Shown here: positions 7,844 to 16,010 of the stretch, in pieces
How positions within the stretch are numbered: the stretch's first letter is position 1
How the letters are laid out: every line of letters begins with the position of its first letter
Source: a virus
Lineage: Duplodnaviria > Caudoviricetes
Virus record (IMG/VR): IMGVR_UViG_3300033067_001808
Coordinates: 1-36,833 of that record
DNA: 36,833 nucleotides
Direction: 5' to 3' (one strand)
The notes under the pieces: generated by a model
What the model saw: only the letters and a program-made list of their open reading frames with translations
Database searches by the model: none
Told to the model about the DNA's origin: nothing
Position numbers and translations under genes: made by a program

Positions 7844-9385
7844 ATGGTCTGGAGAATCGACGATCCACAGGGCAACGAGGCGGCGAAGTGCCGCTTCGAC
7901 GTCCTGCCCTACCTGCATTCCGGCCTGGACCTGGGCTGCGGTCCGGACAAGGTCTGGCCGCACCTGATCGGCATCGACTCGCAGAAAGATTCCAACCTGT
8001 TCGGCATCAAGATGAAGCCGGACATGGTTCTGCCCGATGTGGCGCGCCTGCGCATGTTCGCCGACGGATCCATGCAGTGCGTGTTCAGCTCGCACACCCT
8101 GGAGCACATCCCGGACCACCTGGCGGCGCTCAAGGAATGGTGGCGAGTGATCGAGCCGGGCGGCTACCTGGTGCTCTACCTGCCGCACGCCGATCTGTAC
8201 CCGCGCATCGGCCAGCCCGGCGCGAACCCCGATCACGTGCATGACTTCGTACCGGGCGACATCATCGCCGCGATGGAAGTCACTGCCCCGGATTGGTCGC
8301 TTGTCGTCAATGAGGAGCGCGACGCCGGCCGCGAATACTCCTTCCTGCAGGTCTATCGCAAGCAATCCGCCGGACACGGCCAGCGCCATCCCTGGACCGT
8401 GCCGCTGCCGGAGCATCGCGCCGCCATCGTGCGCGTCGGCGGCCACGGCGATGCCTTGTGGGCAAGTTCTCCGGCCTGGCACCTCAAGCAGGCCGGCTAC
8501 CACGTCACCGTCTATACCGCGCACACCGGCGCGGCCATGCTCTCGCACGATCCCCACATCGACCGGGTCGTCTCGCTGCCCAACAACGCCATGACCGAAG
8601 AGGACATGCGCGCCTACTGGTGCCACGAGGCGGTCAAGTACGAGCGCTTTCACAACCTCATCGGCAGCGTCGAAAAGACCCTGCTGTTTCACGACTCCGA
8701 CGACGGCTACTGGCACCATCCGAAGCTGCGCCACCAGCTCGCCAATCGCAACTACCTGGACCAGGTGCATCTGTACTGCGACGTGCCCGCCGCGCCGAAA
8801 ATGCAGCGCTTTTATCCGTCGCCGGTCGAAGAGGAATGGGCGCGGCTCATGCGCGAAAAGCTCGCCGGCCCGCTGGTTGTGATCGCCCCGGCCGGCAGCG
8901 GCGTGGTCAAGTACTGGCCCCACGCCCAGCGACTCATGGAGCTGCTTGCCGAGCGTGGCGTCTATTCCGTGGTGATCGGCGACGTGCGCGACCCCGGCGT
9001 GACCGGCGTCGAGCCCTGGGGCAGCGTTGTCGGCATGGAATGGCCCGTGCGCTACGCCTGCGCCTTCGCCCTGCGCGCTGACGCCGTGGTGGCCACCGAA
9101 AGCCTGATCGCCAACGCGGTCGCCTTCGAGCCGATGCTCAAGCTGATCACCTTGAGCCACAGCAGCAACGAGAACCTGACCCGCGACTGGACCAACTGCG
9201 CCGCGATCGAGCCGCAGGGCGTGGCCTGCCACCCCTGCCACCGCATCCACGGCAATTTCCAGTTCTGCGCCCAGGACCCGGCCACCGGCGCGGCCGCCTG
9301 CCAGTCCACCGTCACCGCCGACACCGTCGCCGCCTTCCTGTTTGAGCGCTTGGGGCTTGAAGCCCGCGAGGCCGCCCATGCTTGA
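7844..9385 (+). CDS. Methyltransferase (type 11-like) fused to GT-B glycosyltransferase (GT9/heptosyltransferase-like)
   Basis: N-term GLDLGCG, VFSSHTLEH, EWWRVIEPGGYLVLYLP; C-term VRVGGHGDALW, HDPHIDRV, KYWPH, ADAVVATES and CHPCH...C...C. Confidence 0.8.
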   Translation: MVWRIDDPQGNEAAKCRFDVLPYLHSGLDLGCGPDKVWPHLIGIDSQKDSNLFGIKMKPDMVLPDVARLRMFADGSMQCVFSSHTLEHIPDHLAALKEWWRVIEPGGYLVLYLPHADLYPRIGQPGANPDHVHDFVPGDIIAAMEVTAPDWSLVVNEERDAGREYSFLQVYRKQSAGHGQRHPWTVPLPEHRAAIVRVGGHGDALWASSPAWHLKQAGYHVTVYTAHTGAAMLSHDPHIDRVVSLPNNAMTEEDMRAYWCHEAVKYERFHNLIGSVEKTLLFHDSDDGYWHHPKLRHQLANRNYLDQVHLYCDVPAAPKMQRFYPSPVEEEWARLMREKLAGPLVVIAPAGSGVVKYWPHAQRLMELLAERGVYSVVIGDVRDPGVTGVEPWGSVVGMEWPVRYACAFALRADAVVATESLIANAVAFEPMLKLITLSHSSNENLTRDWTNCAAIEPQGVACHPCHRIHGNFQFCAQDPATGAAACQSTVTADTVAAFLFERLGLEAREAAHA

Positions 9386-9698
9386 CCCCGCCACCCTCGC
9401 CGCCGACGCCGCCAGCCTGATCGAAGCGCTGGCCGACGTCACCGTCACCTGGACCCCGGCCGGCGGCGGCGGGCCCTACAGCACGCCGGCCATCCGGCAC
9501 GCGCCGGACATCGACGTGCTCTCCGGCGAGGTGCTCTCGCGCGACTGGCGCATCCATTACCCAACCGCCGCGCTGCCCGGCCTGGCCGATCGCTGGGATG
9601 ACGAGGTGCTCGTCATCGACGGCGCCACCTGGCGCCTGCGCAGCGTGCGCCGCCTCGGCGACGGCCTTATCGCCGAAGCCGCATTGACTCAACTGTAA
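9378..9698 (+). CDS. Head-tail joining protein (gpFII-like head closure)
   Basis: 106 aa, beta-rich, DEVLVIDGATWRLRSVRRLGDG; position after the capsid block. Confidence 0.65.
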   Translation: MLDPATLAADAASLIEALADVTVTWTPAGGGGPYSTPAIRHAPDIDVLSGEVLSRDWRIHYPTAALPGLADRWDDEVLVIDGATWRLRSVRRLGDGLIAEAALTQL

Positions 9699-9711
9699 GG
9701 AGACCGTAGCC

Positions 9712-10263
9712 ATGCTCAATCGCTTCCGCCACCTCGCCGCCGCGCTGCTCCTCGCCCTGCTGGCGCCTCTCGCCCACGCCACCGCGTTCTCCGACACCTT
9801 CGAGAACAAGCTGGTCGACTTCCTCCTGCGCGGCCAGACGCTGGTGATCGGCGCGCAAACCGCCACCTGGGGCACCGCGCCCGAGCTGTACCTGGCGCTG
9901 GGCACGGCCTGTTCCGACTCGGCCTTCACCGAACTGGGCGCCACCGGCAGCTATGCCCGGGTGCGCGTGCCCGGCTCCGGCGCGCCGAGCCTGAGCAATG
10001 CCTGGTCCAACACCAACAGCTCCTCCGGCACCACCTCCAGCACCGGCACCGGCGGCACCAGCTACAACCTCAACACCGTCACCTTCCCGACCGCCACGGC
10101 AGACTGGAACTCGGCCGCGACCATCGGCTACTGGGCGATCTACGACGCCTCCAGCAGCGGCAACATGCTGGTCTGCGCGGCGCTGACCACGGCCCGCGCC
10201 GTGACCAACGGCGCCACGGCGAGCTTCGCGGCCGGCGCGTTGTCGGTCCAGGTGGATAACTGA
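9712..10263 (+). CDS. Virion structural/fibre-associated protein with Sec signal peptide
   Basis: AAGGAG RBS; AFSDTFENKLVDFLLRG...YARV...VTFPTATADW...AIYDASSSGNML is a common phage structural family; N-term MLNRFRHLAAALLLALLAPLAHA signal. Confidence 0.7.
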   Translation: MLNRFRHLAAALLLALLAPLAHATAFSDTFENKLVDFLLRGQTLVIGAQTATWGTAPELYLALGTACSDSAFTELGATGSYARVRVPGSGAPSLSNAWSNTNSSSGTTSSTGTGGTSYNLNTVTFPTATADWNSAATIGYWAIYDASSSGNMLVCAALTTARAVTNGATASFAAGALSVQVDN

Positions 10264-10265
10264 TC

Positions 10266-10613
10266 ATGCGCGCCCTGCTGACCGTCCTGGCGCTGCTCGC
10301 GTCCGCCGCTGCGCAGGCCGCGCCGTTCCTGGTCGCCGACGTGCCGGCCGATGCCGCCATCGACTCCTGCACCGTGCAGGGTCTGCCCGCAGCGATCGCG
10401 CCCAAGGTGTCGCCGATCGTCGGCCAATTGGCAGACGGCACGGCCGGGCGCATCTGCCGATGGGACCTGACGGCGCTGGCAGCGGGCAGCTACACCGTCA
10501 CCGCGCGCACGCAGGCGAGCCTCTGGGGCGCGGAGTCTGCGCCGTCCCCCCCTTTTGCCTTCACGCGACCCGGCTCTCTGGGCGCGAGCGGGCCGCCGCG
10601 GCTTGTCCCCTAG
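10266..10613 (+). CDS. Small exported FN3/Ig-like protein
   Basis: Signal MRALLTVLALLASAAAQA; GSYTVTART...ESAPSPPFAF resembles an FN3 C-terminus; two Cys. Confidence 0.6.
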   Translation: MRALLTVLALLASAAAQAAPFLVADVPADAAIDSCTVQGLPAAIAPKVSPIVGQLADGTAGRICRWDLTALAAGSYTVTARTQASLWGAESAPSPPFAFTRPGSLGASGPPRLVP

Positions 10614-10633
10614 TCAGATGGTCCGCCGCTGAC

Positions 10634-11227
10634 ATGGCCCTGCCGGCAACCGATAGCTTCGACCGCGCAAACGGTGCGCTCGGATCAAACTGGACGCTAG
10701 GATGGGCGTCCAGCGCCGGATTTACCGTCGTATCCAACACGGCGCAGTTGGCGTCCGCTAATGACGAGGGCGTCAATTACTGGTCAGCCGACTCGTTTGC
10801 AAACGATCAGTACGCGCAATGCGTGGTTTCGACGATCGGTGGCACTTATGTCGGGGCTGGCCCGGCGGTGCGGTACTCAGCCTCGGGCGGGTATCACGCG
10901 GCTTATGATCAAGATACGGGTGCAATCCGTATCTCTCGGCGCTCCGGTGGGTCTAACACTAACCTCGCCAGCACCACATTCGGAGTTTCTGCCGGAGACA
11001 CATTGCGGCTGGAAATTAGCGGGACCGCTTTGACATTGTATGTCAATGGATCATCCCGGCTTACCGCATCAGATTCGACGTTTTCCGCGGGATCCGGCGG
11101 GATATACGGATGGCACTCATCAAGTACAATCGCGGTTAATGATTTCCAGGCCGGCAATCTTTCAGCCGCCGCGGCCTCCTTAGTCGTCCCTGCGCGCAGC
11201 CCAATGCAATCTCTACTCGTGAGGTGA
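10634..11227 (+). CDS. ConA/lectin-like beta-sandwich virion protein
   Basis: DSFDRANGALGSNW start, GDTLRLEISGTALTLYVNG; atypical AT-richer codon use. Confidence 0.6.
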   Translation: MALPATDSFDRANGALGSNWTLGWASSAGFTVVSNTAQLASANDEGVNYWSADSFANDQYAQCVVSTIGGTYVGAGPAVRYSASGGYHAAYDQDTGAIRISRRSGGSNTNLASTTFGVSAGDTLRLEISGTALTLYVNGSSRLTASDSTFSAGSGGIYGWHSSSTIAVNDFQAGNLSAAAASLVVPARSPMQSLLVR

Positions 11228-11231
11228 TCCG

Positions 11232-11534
11232 ATGGCAACCTTGATAGAACTGGCCGACTTCGCGGCAAGCACCGACCACGCAGTGCTCGTCAAGAAAATC
11301 CGCGTGGCGATCGCTAAGAAGGCCGTCGCCATCGGCAACCTGGCGAGCCCGACGGCGGCGCAACTTGCTTGGGCCAAGTCCGCGCTGGCGAGCCCGGCCG
11401 AGGCCGCCTCGCTGATCATCACCTACGTGCTCGCCGCCAACGCCGCCGCCACCATCGCCCAGATCGTGGCGGCCACCGACACCGCCATCGAAACGCAGGT
11501 CAATGCGGCGGTAGACAAGATCCTGAGCCTGTGA
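11232..11534 (+). CDS. Hypothetical helical protein (paralog of next gene)
   Basis: GAGGTG RBS; 100 aa. Confidence 0.7.
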   Translation: MATLIELADFAASTDHAVLVKKIRVAIAKKAVAIGNLASPTAAQLAWAKSALASPAEAASLIITYVLAANAAATIAQIVAATDTAIETQVNAAVDKILSL

Positions 11535-11541
11535 GGATGCC

Positions 11542-11832
11542 ATGAACGTCGTCGATCTGGTCAAGATTGCCCGCGCCTCCGATTTTCAGCAGCGCGTCGA
11601 GTACATGCTGACCGAGAAAGCGCTCGCCGCGCACGCGGGCAGCCCGACCACCGCAGAGTCCGCGCTGATTCAGAAGGTGCTGGACGGCCGCGAGCCGCTC
11701 CTGCCTTGGGCGATCGCCGTGCTCACCAGCGCCACCATCGCCGCCGGCACCCACACGCTTGACGGCGCCACCATCGCCGACGCGGATTTGCGCGCCCAGG
11801 TCGGCGCGCAATGGCCTGCCTTCACCGTTTGA
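11542..11832 (+). CDS. Hypothetical helical protein
   Basis: GAGG RBS; 96 aa; similar pattern to 11232..11534. Confidence 0.7.
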   Translation: MNVVDLVKIARASDFQQRVEYMLTEKALAAHAGSPTTAESALIQKVLDGREPLLPWAIAVLTSATIAAGTHTLDGATIADADLRAQVGAQWPAFTV

Positions 11833-11842
11833 GGACACCGAC

Positions 11843-12313
11843 ATGGGACGCATGTACACCGCAGTCTTCAACAACGTGGCCGTCACGGCAATTCAGGATC
11901 TCGTCGAGATCGTCGCGCCGGCCGATTCGGTCGTCGTGCTCCACGACATCCATCTGAGCCAGAACACCGACGTGGGGGATGCGGCGGAAGAGGTGCTTCG
12001 CATCGAACTGACCAGCGGGCACACCACCAGCGGCAGCGGCGGATCGGCGGTGACGCCCGTCCCGGTCAGCCTGGGCGATGCAGCTTTTGGTGGCACGGTC
12101 GAGGCAAACAACACCACGCAGGCCAGCGCCGGAACCATCGTCACCAAGTACGTCTGGAACTGGAATATCCGAGTCGGCTTCGACAAGGTGTTCACCCCCG
12201 AGACGCGCCCAATCATCAGCCCCTCCGCGCGCATGTGCCTGGAACTGCCGGCCGCGCCGGCTGATTCCGTGACCATGAGCGGGTCGATCACCTTCGAGGA
12301 AATCGGCGGGTAA
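11843..12313 (+). CDS. Hypothetical virion structural protein (beta-rich)
   Basis: GAGG RBS, ATG at 11843, ends SGSITFEEIGG. Confidence 0.65.
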   Translation: MGRMYTAVFNNVAVTAIQDLVEIVAPADSVVVLHDIHLSQNTDVGDAAEEVLRIELTSGHTTSGSGGSAVTPVPVSLGDAAFGGTVEANNTTQASAGTIVTKYVWNWNIRVGFDKVFTPETRPIISPSARMCLELPAAPADSVTMSGSITFEEIGG

Positions 12314-12316
12314 GTC

Positions 12317-13270
12317 ATGCCGGGGATCTTCCGCCGCCCGTTCGACTACGCCCCCCGCGCCGCGCTGCGGCGCTGGGTGCCGTCGGCGGCGCCGTCCGGC
12401 GTCGTCCTCGCCGGCGCCGCCTCGGGTCAGGCCGCTGCCGCCGGCACACTCACTACTGCCGTCGCCGTAACTGGCGCCGCGCTTTCCGTGGCCAATGCCG
12501 CTGGTGCGCTGTCGGTGTCGATGCCATTGGCAGGGGCCGCCGCCGCCGTGGTGAGCGCATTAGGAAGCGTCACCGTGCAGGTGCAGATCAGCGGCGCCGC
12601 GCTTGCACAGGCGCTCGCCACTGCGGCGCTGGGTGTGGGGCAGGCGCTCGTCGGCTCGGCCTCGGCACAGGCCGCAGGCAGCGCTGCCGCCGCGGTGACG
12701 CAGGCACTCGCCGGTGCCGCCGCCGGCGCGGCCGCCGCCAGCGGCGACCTGGTCACCGGCGTGCCGCCGGTGGCGCTCTCCGGCGCGGCCGTGGCGCAAG
12801 CGCTCGCCGCCGGCGACATGCACATGCTTACCGGGCTGGTCGGTGCCGCCAGTGCCGCGGCGCTGGCCGCCGGCGACCTGCGCATGAGCCTCAACCTGTC
12901 GGGCGCTGCGGTGGCGCAGGCCGCCGCCAGCGGCGATCTGGTCACTGGCGTGCCGCCAGTGTCTCTGGCCGGTGCCGCAACCGGGCAAGCGCTCGCAGGT
13001 GGCGTGCTGACCGTGAACGTCTCGCTCGGCGCCGCAGCTGTGGCCGAGGCCATCGCCTCCGGCAACCTGACCATGAGCGTCGCGCTTTCAGGCGCGGCGG
13101 GGGCGCAGGCCTCGGCCACCGGCGCGCTGATCTTCTTCGGCGAAAGCCTGAGTCAAATCGCCGCCTGGACCATCCGCGGTCCCGCCCGCTCCTGGCGCGT
13201 GCGCCCCGCCAGGCGCGACTGGACCGTGCGCCCCGCCAGGCGCGACTGGACCGTGCGCAGGAGCGCCTGA
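12317..13270 (+). CDS. Ala/Gly-rich repeat fibre-like protein
   Basis: About 20-aa repeats of the form LxGAAxAxAxAxGxL; C-terminal W-x-V/I-R repeats. Confidence 0.7.
   Translation: MPGIFRRPFDYAPRAALRRWVPSAAPSGVVLAGAASGQAAAAGTLTTAVAVTGAALSVANAAGALSVSMPLAGAAAAVVSALGSVTVQVQISGAALAQALATAALGVGQALVGSASAQAAGSAAAAVTQALAGAAAGAAAASGDLVTGVPPVALSGAAVAQALAAGDMHMLTGLVGAASAAALAAGDLRMSLNLSGAAVAQAAASGDLVTGVPPVSLAGAATGQALAGGVLTVNVSLGAAAVAEAIASGNLTMSVALSGAAGAQASATGALIFFGESLSQIAAWTIRGPARSWRVRPARRDWTVRPARRDWTVRRSA
13199..13258 (+). repeat. 27-bp perfect tandem repeat (about 2.2 copies) encoding VRPARRDWT
   Basis: gtgcgccccgccaggcgcgactggacc at 13199-13225 and 13226-13252, then gtgcgc. Confidence 0.9.
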
Positions 13271-13566
13271 TGCTGCCGATCAAGGATCCGCTGGAAACCG
13301 TCCCCGTGAGCTTCGACTTCGCCGACGAGATCGCCTCGGCCGCCACGCCGAGTGTGTCGGTCGAGGTCGTCACCGGTACCGATGCCTCGGTCGGCAGCAT
13401 GCCCACCGGTGCGCCCACGATCGCCGGCGCGGTGGTTACCCAGCTGATCCGCGCCGGCGTGGCCGGCAACACCTACCGCGTGCGCTGCGTGGCCAGCGGC
13501 CCGGGCGGCGAAGTGCTGGTGCGCGCCGACCTGCTGCGGCTGCGCACCCTGCCCGCGAAAGCCTGA
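13270..13566 (+). CDS. Fibre-tail adaptor-like protein (KDP family)
   Basis: MLPIKDPLETVPVSFDF...GVAGNTYRVRC. Confidence 0.6.
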   Translation: MLPIKDPLETVPVSFDFADEIASAATPSVSVEVVTGTDASVGSMPTGAPTIAGAVVTQLIRAGVAGNTYRVRCVASGPGGEVLVRADLLRLRTLPAKA

Positions 13567-13571
13567 TTGTT

Positions 13572-14039
13572 GTGACCCACGTCCGCGCCCAGATCACCGC
13601 TGCGCTGGCCAACACTCTGGGTCGGATTTCCACCACGGGGGGGCGCGTGCATGTGGCGCGGCCGGAAAACTGGCCACTGGCCACCACGCAACTGCCCGCG
13701 CTGCTGCTTTATGCCGACGCCGAGTCCGTGGCCACTACCGAGATCCTGGCATGGCCGCGCCGGCTGGAGCGCACGTTGCAGGTGCGCGTCGAAGTGCTGG
13801 CGGAGGATGACGATGATCTGGAGTCCACCCTATCGGCGATGCTCGCCGAGATCGAGGCTGCCATCGGCGCCAGCAAGGCGGCCTCATCCTGTGGTGGGCT
13901 GCTCGTGCATCCGCTCACGCTTGTCGATGTCGATGTGACACGCGATGCCGATGCCGGGCGCACCGTCGGTCGGCTGGTTACAACCTGGACTGGCACCTAC
14001 TACACCTACTCGAACGCGCCGGAAACGGCCATCACGTAA
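13572..14039 (+). CDS. Tail terminator (gpU-like)
   Basis: HVRAQITAAL...LPALLLY...IEAAI; directly before the tail tube gene. Confidence 0.7.
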   Translation: MTHVRAQITAALANTLGRISTTGGRVHVARPENWPLATTQLPALLLYADAESVATTEILAWPRRLERTLQVRVEVLAEDDDDLESTLSAMLAEIEAAIGASKAASSCGGLLVHPLTLVDVDVTRDADAGRTVGRLVTTWTGTYYTYSNAPETAIT

Positions 14040-14051
14040 GGAGACCGCATC

Positions 14052-15269
14052 ATGGCAATCGCATCTGGCGTGGCGAAGCAACTGCGCTACAAAGCCGAAT
14101 CGGCCTGGGGCACCGCGGCCGGCACCGCCAGCGGCAAGCTGCTGCGGCGCGTCGAATCGACGCTCGACCTGGGCAAGGACTCCTACGCCTCGGCCGAGAT
14201 TCGCTCCGACTACCAGGTGGCCGATTTCCGCCACGGCGTGCGCCGCGTCTCCGGCAACATCCGCGGCGAGCTGAGCCCCGGCACCTATGCCGACTTCATG
14301 GCCGCGGCGCTGCGCCGCGACTTCGCCGCCGTCTCGGCCTTGACGGGGTTGTCGCTGACCATCGCCGGCACGGCGCCGAATCAGACCATCACCCGCGGCT
14401 CCGGCGACTTCCTCACCGGTGGCATCAAGGTCGGCCACGTCATCCGGCTGACCGCCGGCGGCTTCGTTGCCGGCAACCTCAACAACAACATGCTCGTCAC
14501 GGCGGTGACCGCGACGGTGCTCACGGTGCGCACGCTCAACGGTAGCACGATCACCAACGAAGGACCCATTGGCACCGCCACCGCTACCATCGTCGGCAAG
14601 TGCACCTACACGCCGACCACGGGACACACAGACAAGTCGTTTTCGGTCGAGCACTGGTTTTCCGACATCGCGCAAAGCGAGCTGTTCACCGGCTGCAAGG
14701 TCGGCTCGCTCGGCATCAGCCTGCCGCCGACCGGCATGGCCACCGTCGATATGGCGCTGATGGGCAAGGACATCGTCACCGCCACCGCGGAGTACTTCGC
14801 CACCGGCACGCTGACTGCACTCACCACCGCCGGATGCATCGCCGCGGTCAATGGCGTGCTGCTGGTGGGCGGCACGGCGATCGCCACCTGCACCGGCATC
14901 TCGCTGCAAATCGACGGCGGCATGAGCGCGGATCCCGTGGTCGGGGCCAACACCGTTCCGGGCATCTTCCCGGGTCGGGTGAATGTCACCGGGCAATTAA
15001 CGGCGTACTTCGAAAACGCCACCCTGCGCGACTACTTCGTCAATGAGACCGCGATCAGCCTGATCGTGGCCCTGACGGCCTCCAACGACAACAACGCCGA
15101 GTTCATCAGCCTGGCCCTGCCGCGCATCAAGGTCGGCGGCGCCAGCAAGGGCGACGGCGAGCGCGGCCTGGTGGCCACCTTCCCGTTCCAGGCGGTGTAC
15201 AACTCGGCGGGCGGGGCCGGCATCGCCACGGAGGCCACTACGCTGTACGTTCAGGACTCGGCGGCCTGA
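14052..15269 (+). CDS. Major tail tube protein
   Basis: AAGGAG RBS; SAEIRSDYQVADFRHG, SFSVEHWFSDI and VTGQLTAYFE. Confidence 0.85.
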   Translation: MAIASGVAKQLRYKAESAWGTAAGTASGKLLRRVESTLDLGKDSYASAEIRSDYQVADFRHGVRRVSGNIRGELSPGTYADFMAAALRRDFAAVSALTGLSLTIAGTAPNQTITRGSGDFLTGGIKVGHVIRLTAGGFVAGNLNNNMLVTAVTATVLTVRTLNGSTITNEGPIGTATATIVGKCTYTPTTGHTDKSFSVEHWFSDIAQSELFTGCKVGSLGISLPPTGMATVDMALMGKDIVTATAEYFATGTLTALTTAGCIAAVNGVLLVGGTAIATCTGISLQIDGGMSADPVVGANTVPGIFPGRVNVTGQLTAYFENATLRDYFVNETAISLIVALTASNDNNAEFISLALPRIKVGGASKGDGERGLVATFPFQAVYNSAGGAGIATEATTLYVQDSAA

Positions 15270-15271
15270 CC

Positions 15272-15676
15272 ATGCTCGACCTGAACGATATCCGCGAGGC
15301 GCAGAGCGCCGAGATCGAGCTGCTGCACCCGTCCACCCGCGCCCCGCTCGGCGCCGCCATCACCGTGGCCGGGCCGGAGCACCCGAAGCGCAAGGGCCTG
15401 CTGTGGGAACGCCAGCGGCGGCTGCGGGCGAAATTCCAGAAGGCCGGCAAGCTCTCCTTCGCCGACCCGGCCGAGGAAGAAGCCGACGAGATCGACTACC
15501 TGGCCGCCTGCACATTGGGCTGGCGCGGCATCACCCGCGATGGGGTGGAGATCGCGTGGTCGGCCAACGAGGCCGCACGCCTGTACGGCGACCCGGAGCT
15601 GGCGTGGCTGCGCGCCCAGGTGCGCGCCGGGCTGGACGACCTGGAGCTTTTTATCAGGACCTCCGCGCGCGGCTAA
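15272..15676 (+). CDS. Tail assembly chaperone (gpG-like)
   Basis: LLHP...LAACTLGWRGI...WLRAQV; position between tube and tape measure genes. Confidence 0.8.
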   Translation: MLDLNDIREAQSAEIELLHPSTRAPLGAAITVAGPEHPKRKGLLWERQRRLRAKFQKAGKLSFADPAEEEADEIDYLAACTLGWRGITRDGVEIAWSANEAARLYGDPELAWLRAQVRAGLDDLELFIRTSARG

Positions 15677-16008
15677 CTGCCCGGGCGGAGGCTGAGTTTC
15701 GACTGGCACGGAGGCAGGACGATGGCAGCACCCTGCGCGAGCACCTGGCCGGCCTGTGGCGCAGCACCGGCCGCCTGCCGCCGGAGCTTGACCTGCCAGA
15801 GCTGCCGACCTGCGTCGAGGGGCTGTGGCGCGCCTTCCTCACGCTCAACGCCGCGCGCGGATCGAGCGGCTTCGGCCCGGCGCCGCTTACGTTCGGGGCG
15901 CTGCGCGACTACGGCGCCGTCATGGGCTGCGAATTCTCCGCCTGGGAGGCCGAGACCGTGATGGAACTGGACCGCGTGGCGCTGGCGGCGCTGGCCGCCA
16001 AGGACTGA
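15650..16008 (+). CDS. Tail assembly chaperone C-terminal part (gpT-like), probably reached by -1 frameshift
   Basis: Open -1 frame FYQDLRARL...LWRAFLTLNAARGSSGFGPAPLTF...ELDR with no own RBS/ATG; GCTTTTTA at 15646-15653. Confidence 0.7.
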
Positions 16009-16010
16009 CG

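Noticed and set aside
7613-9448. 611-aa minus-strand ORF, and similar long antisense ORFs at 976-2553, 4198-5469, 18768-20207, 20140-22164 and 33921-35246
   Set aside because: These are shadows of well-supported plus-strand genes in GC-rich DNA, with no motifs
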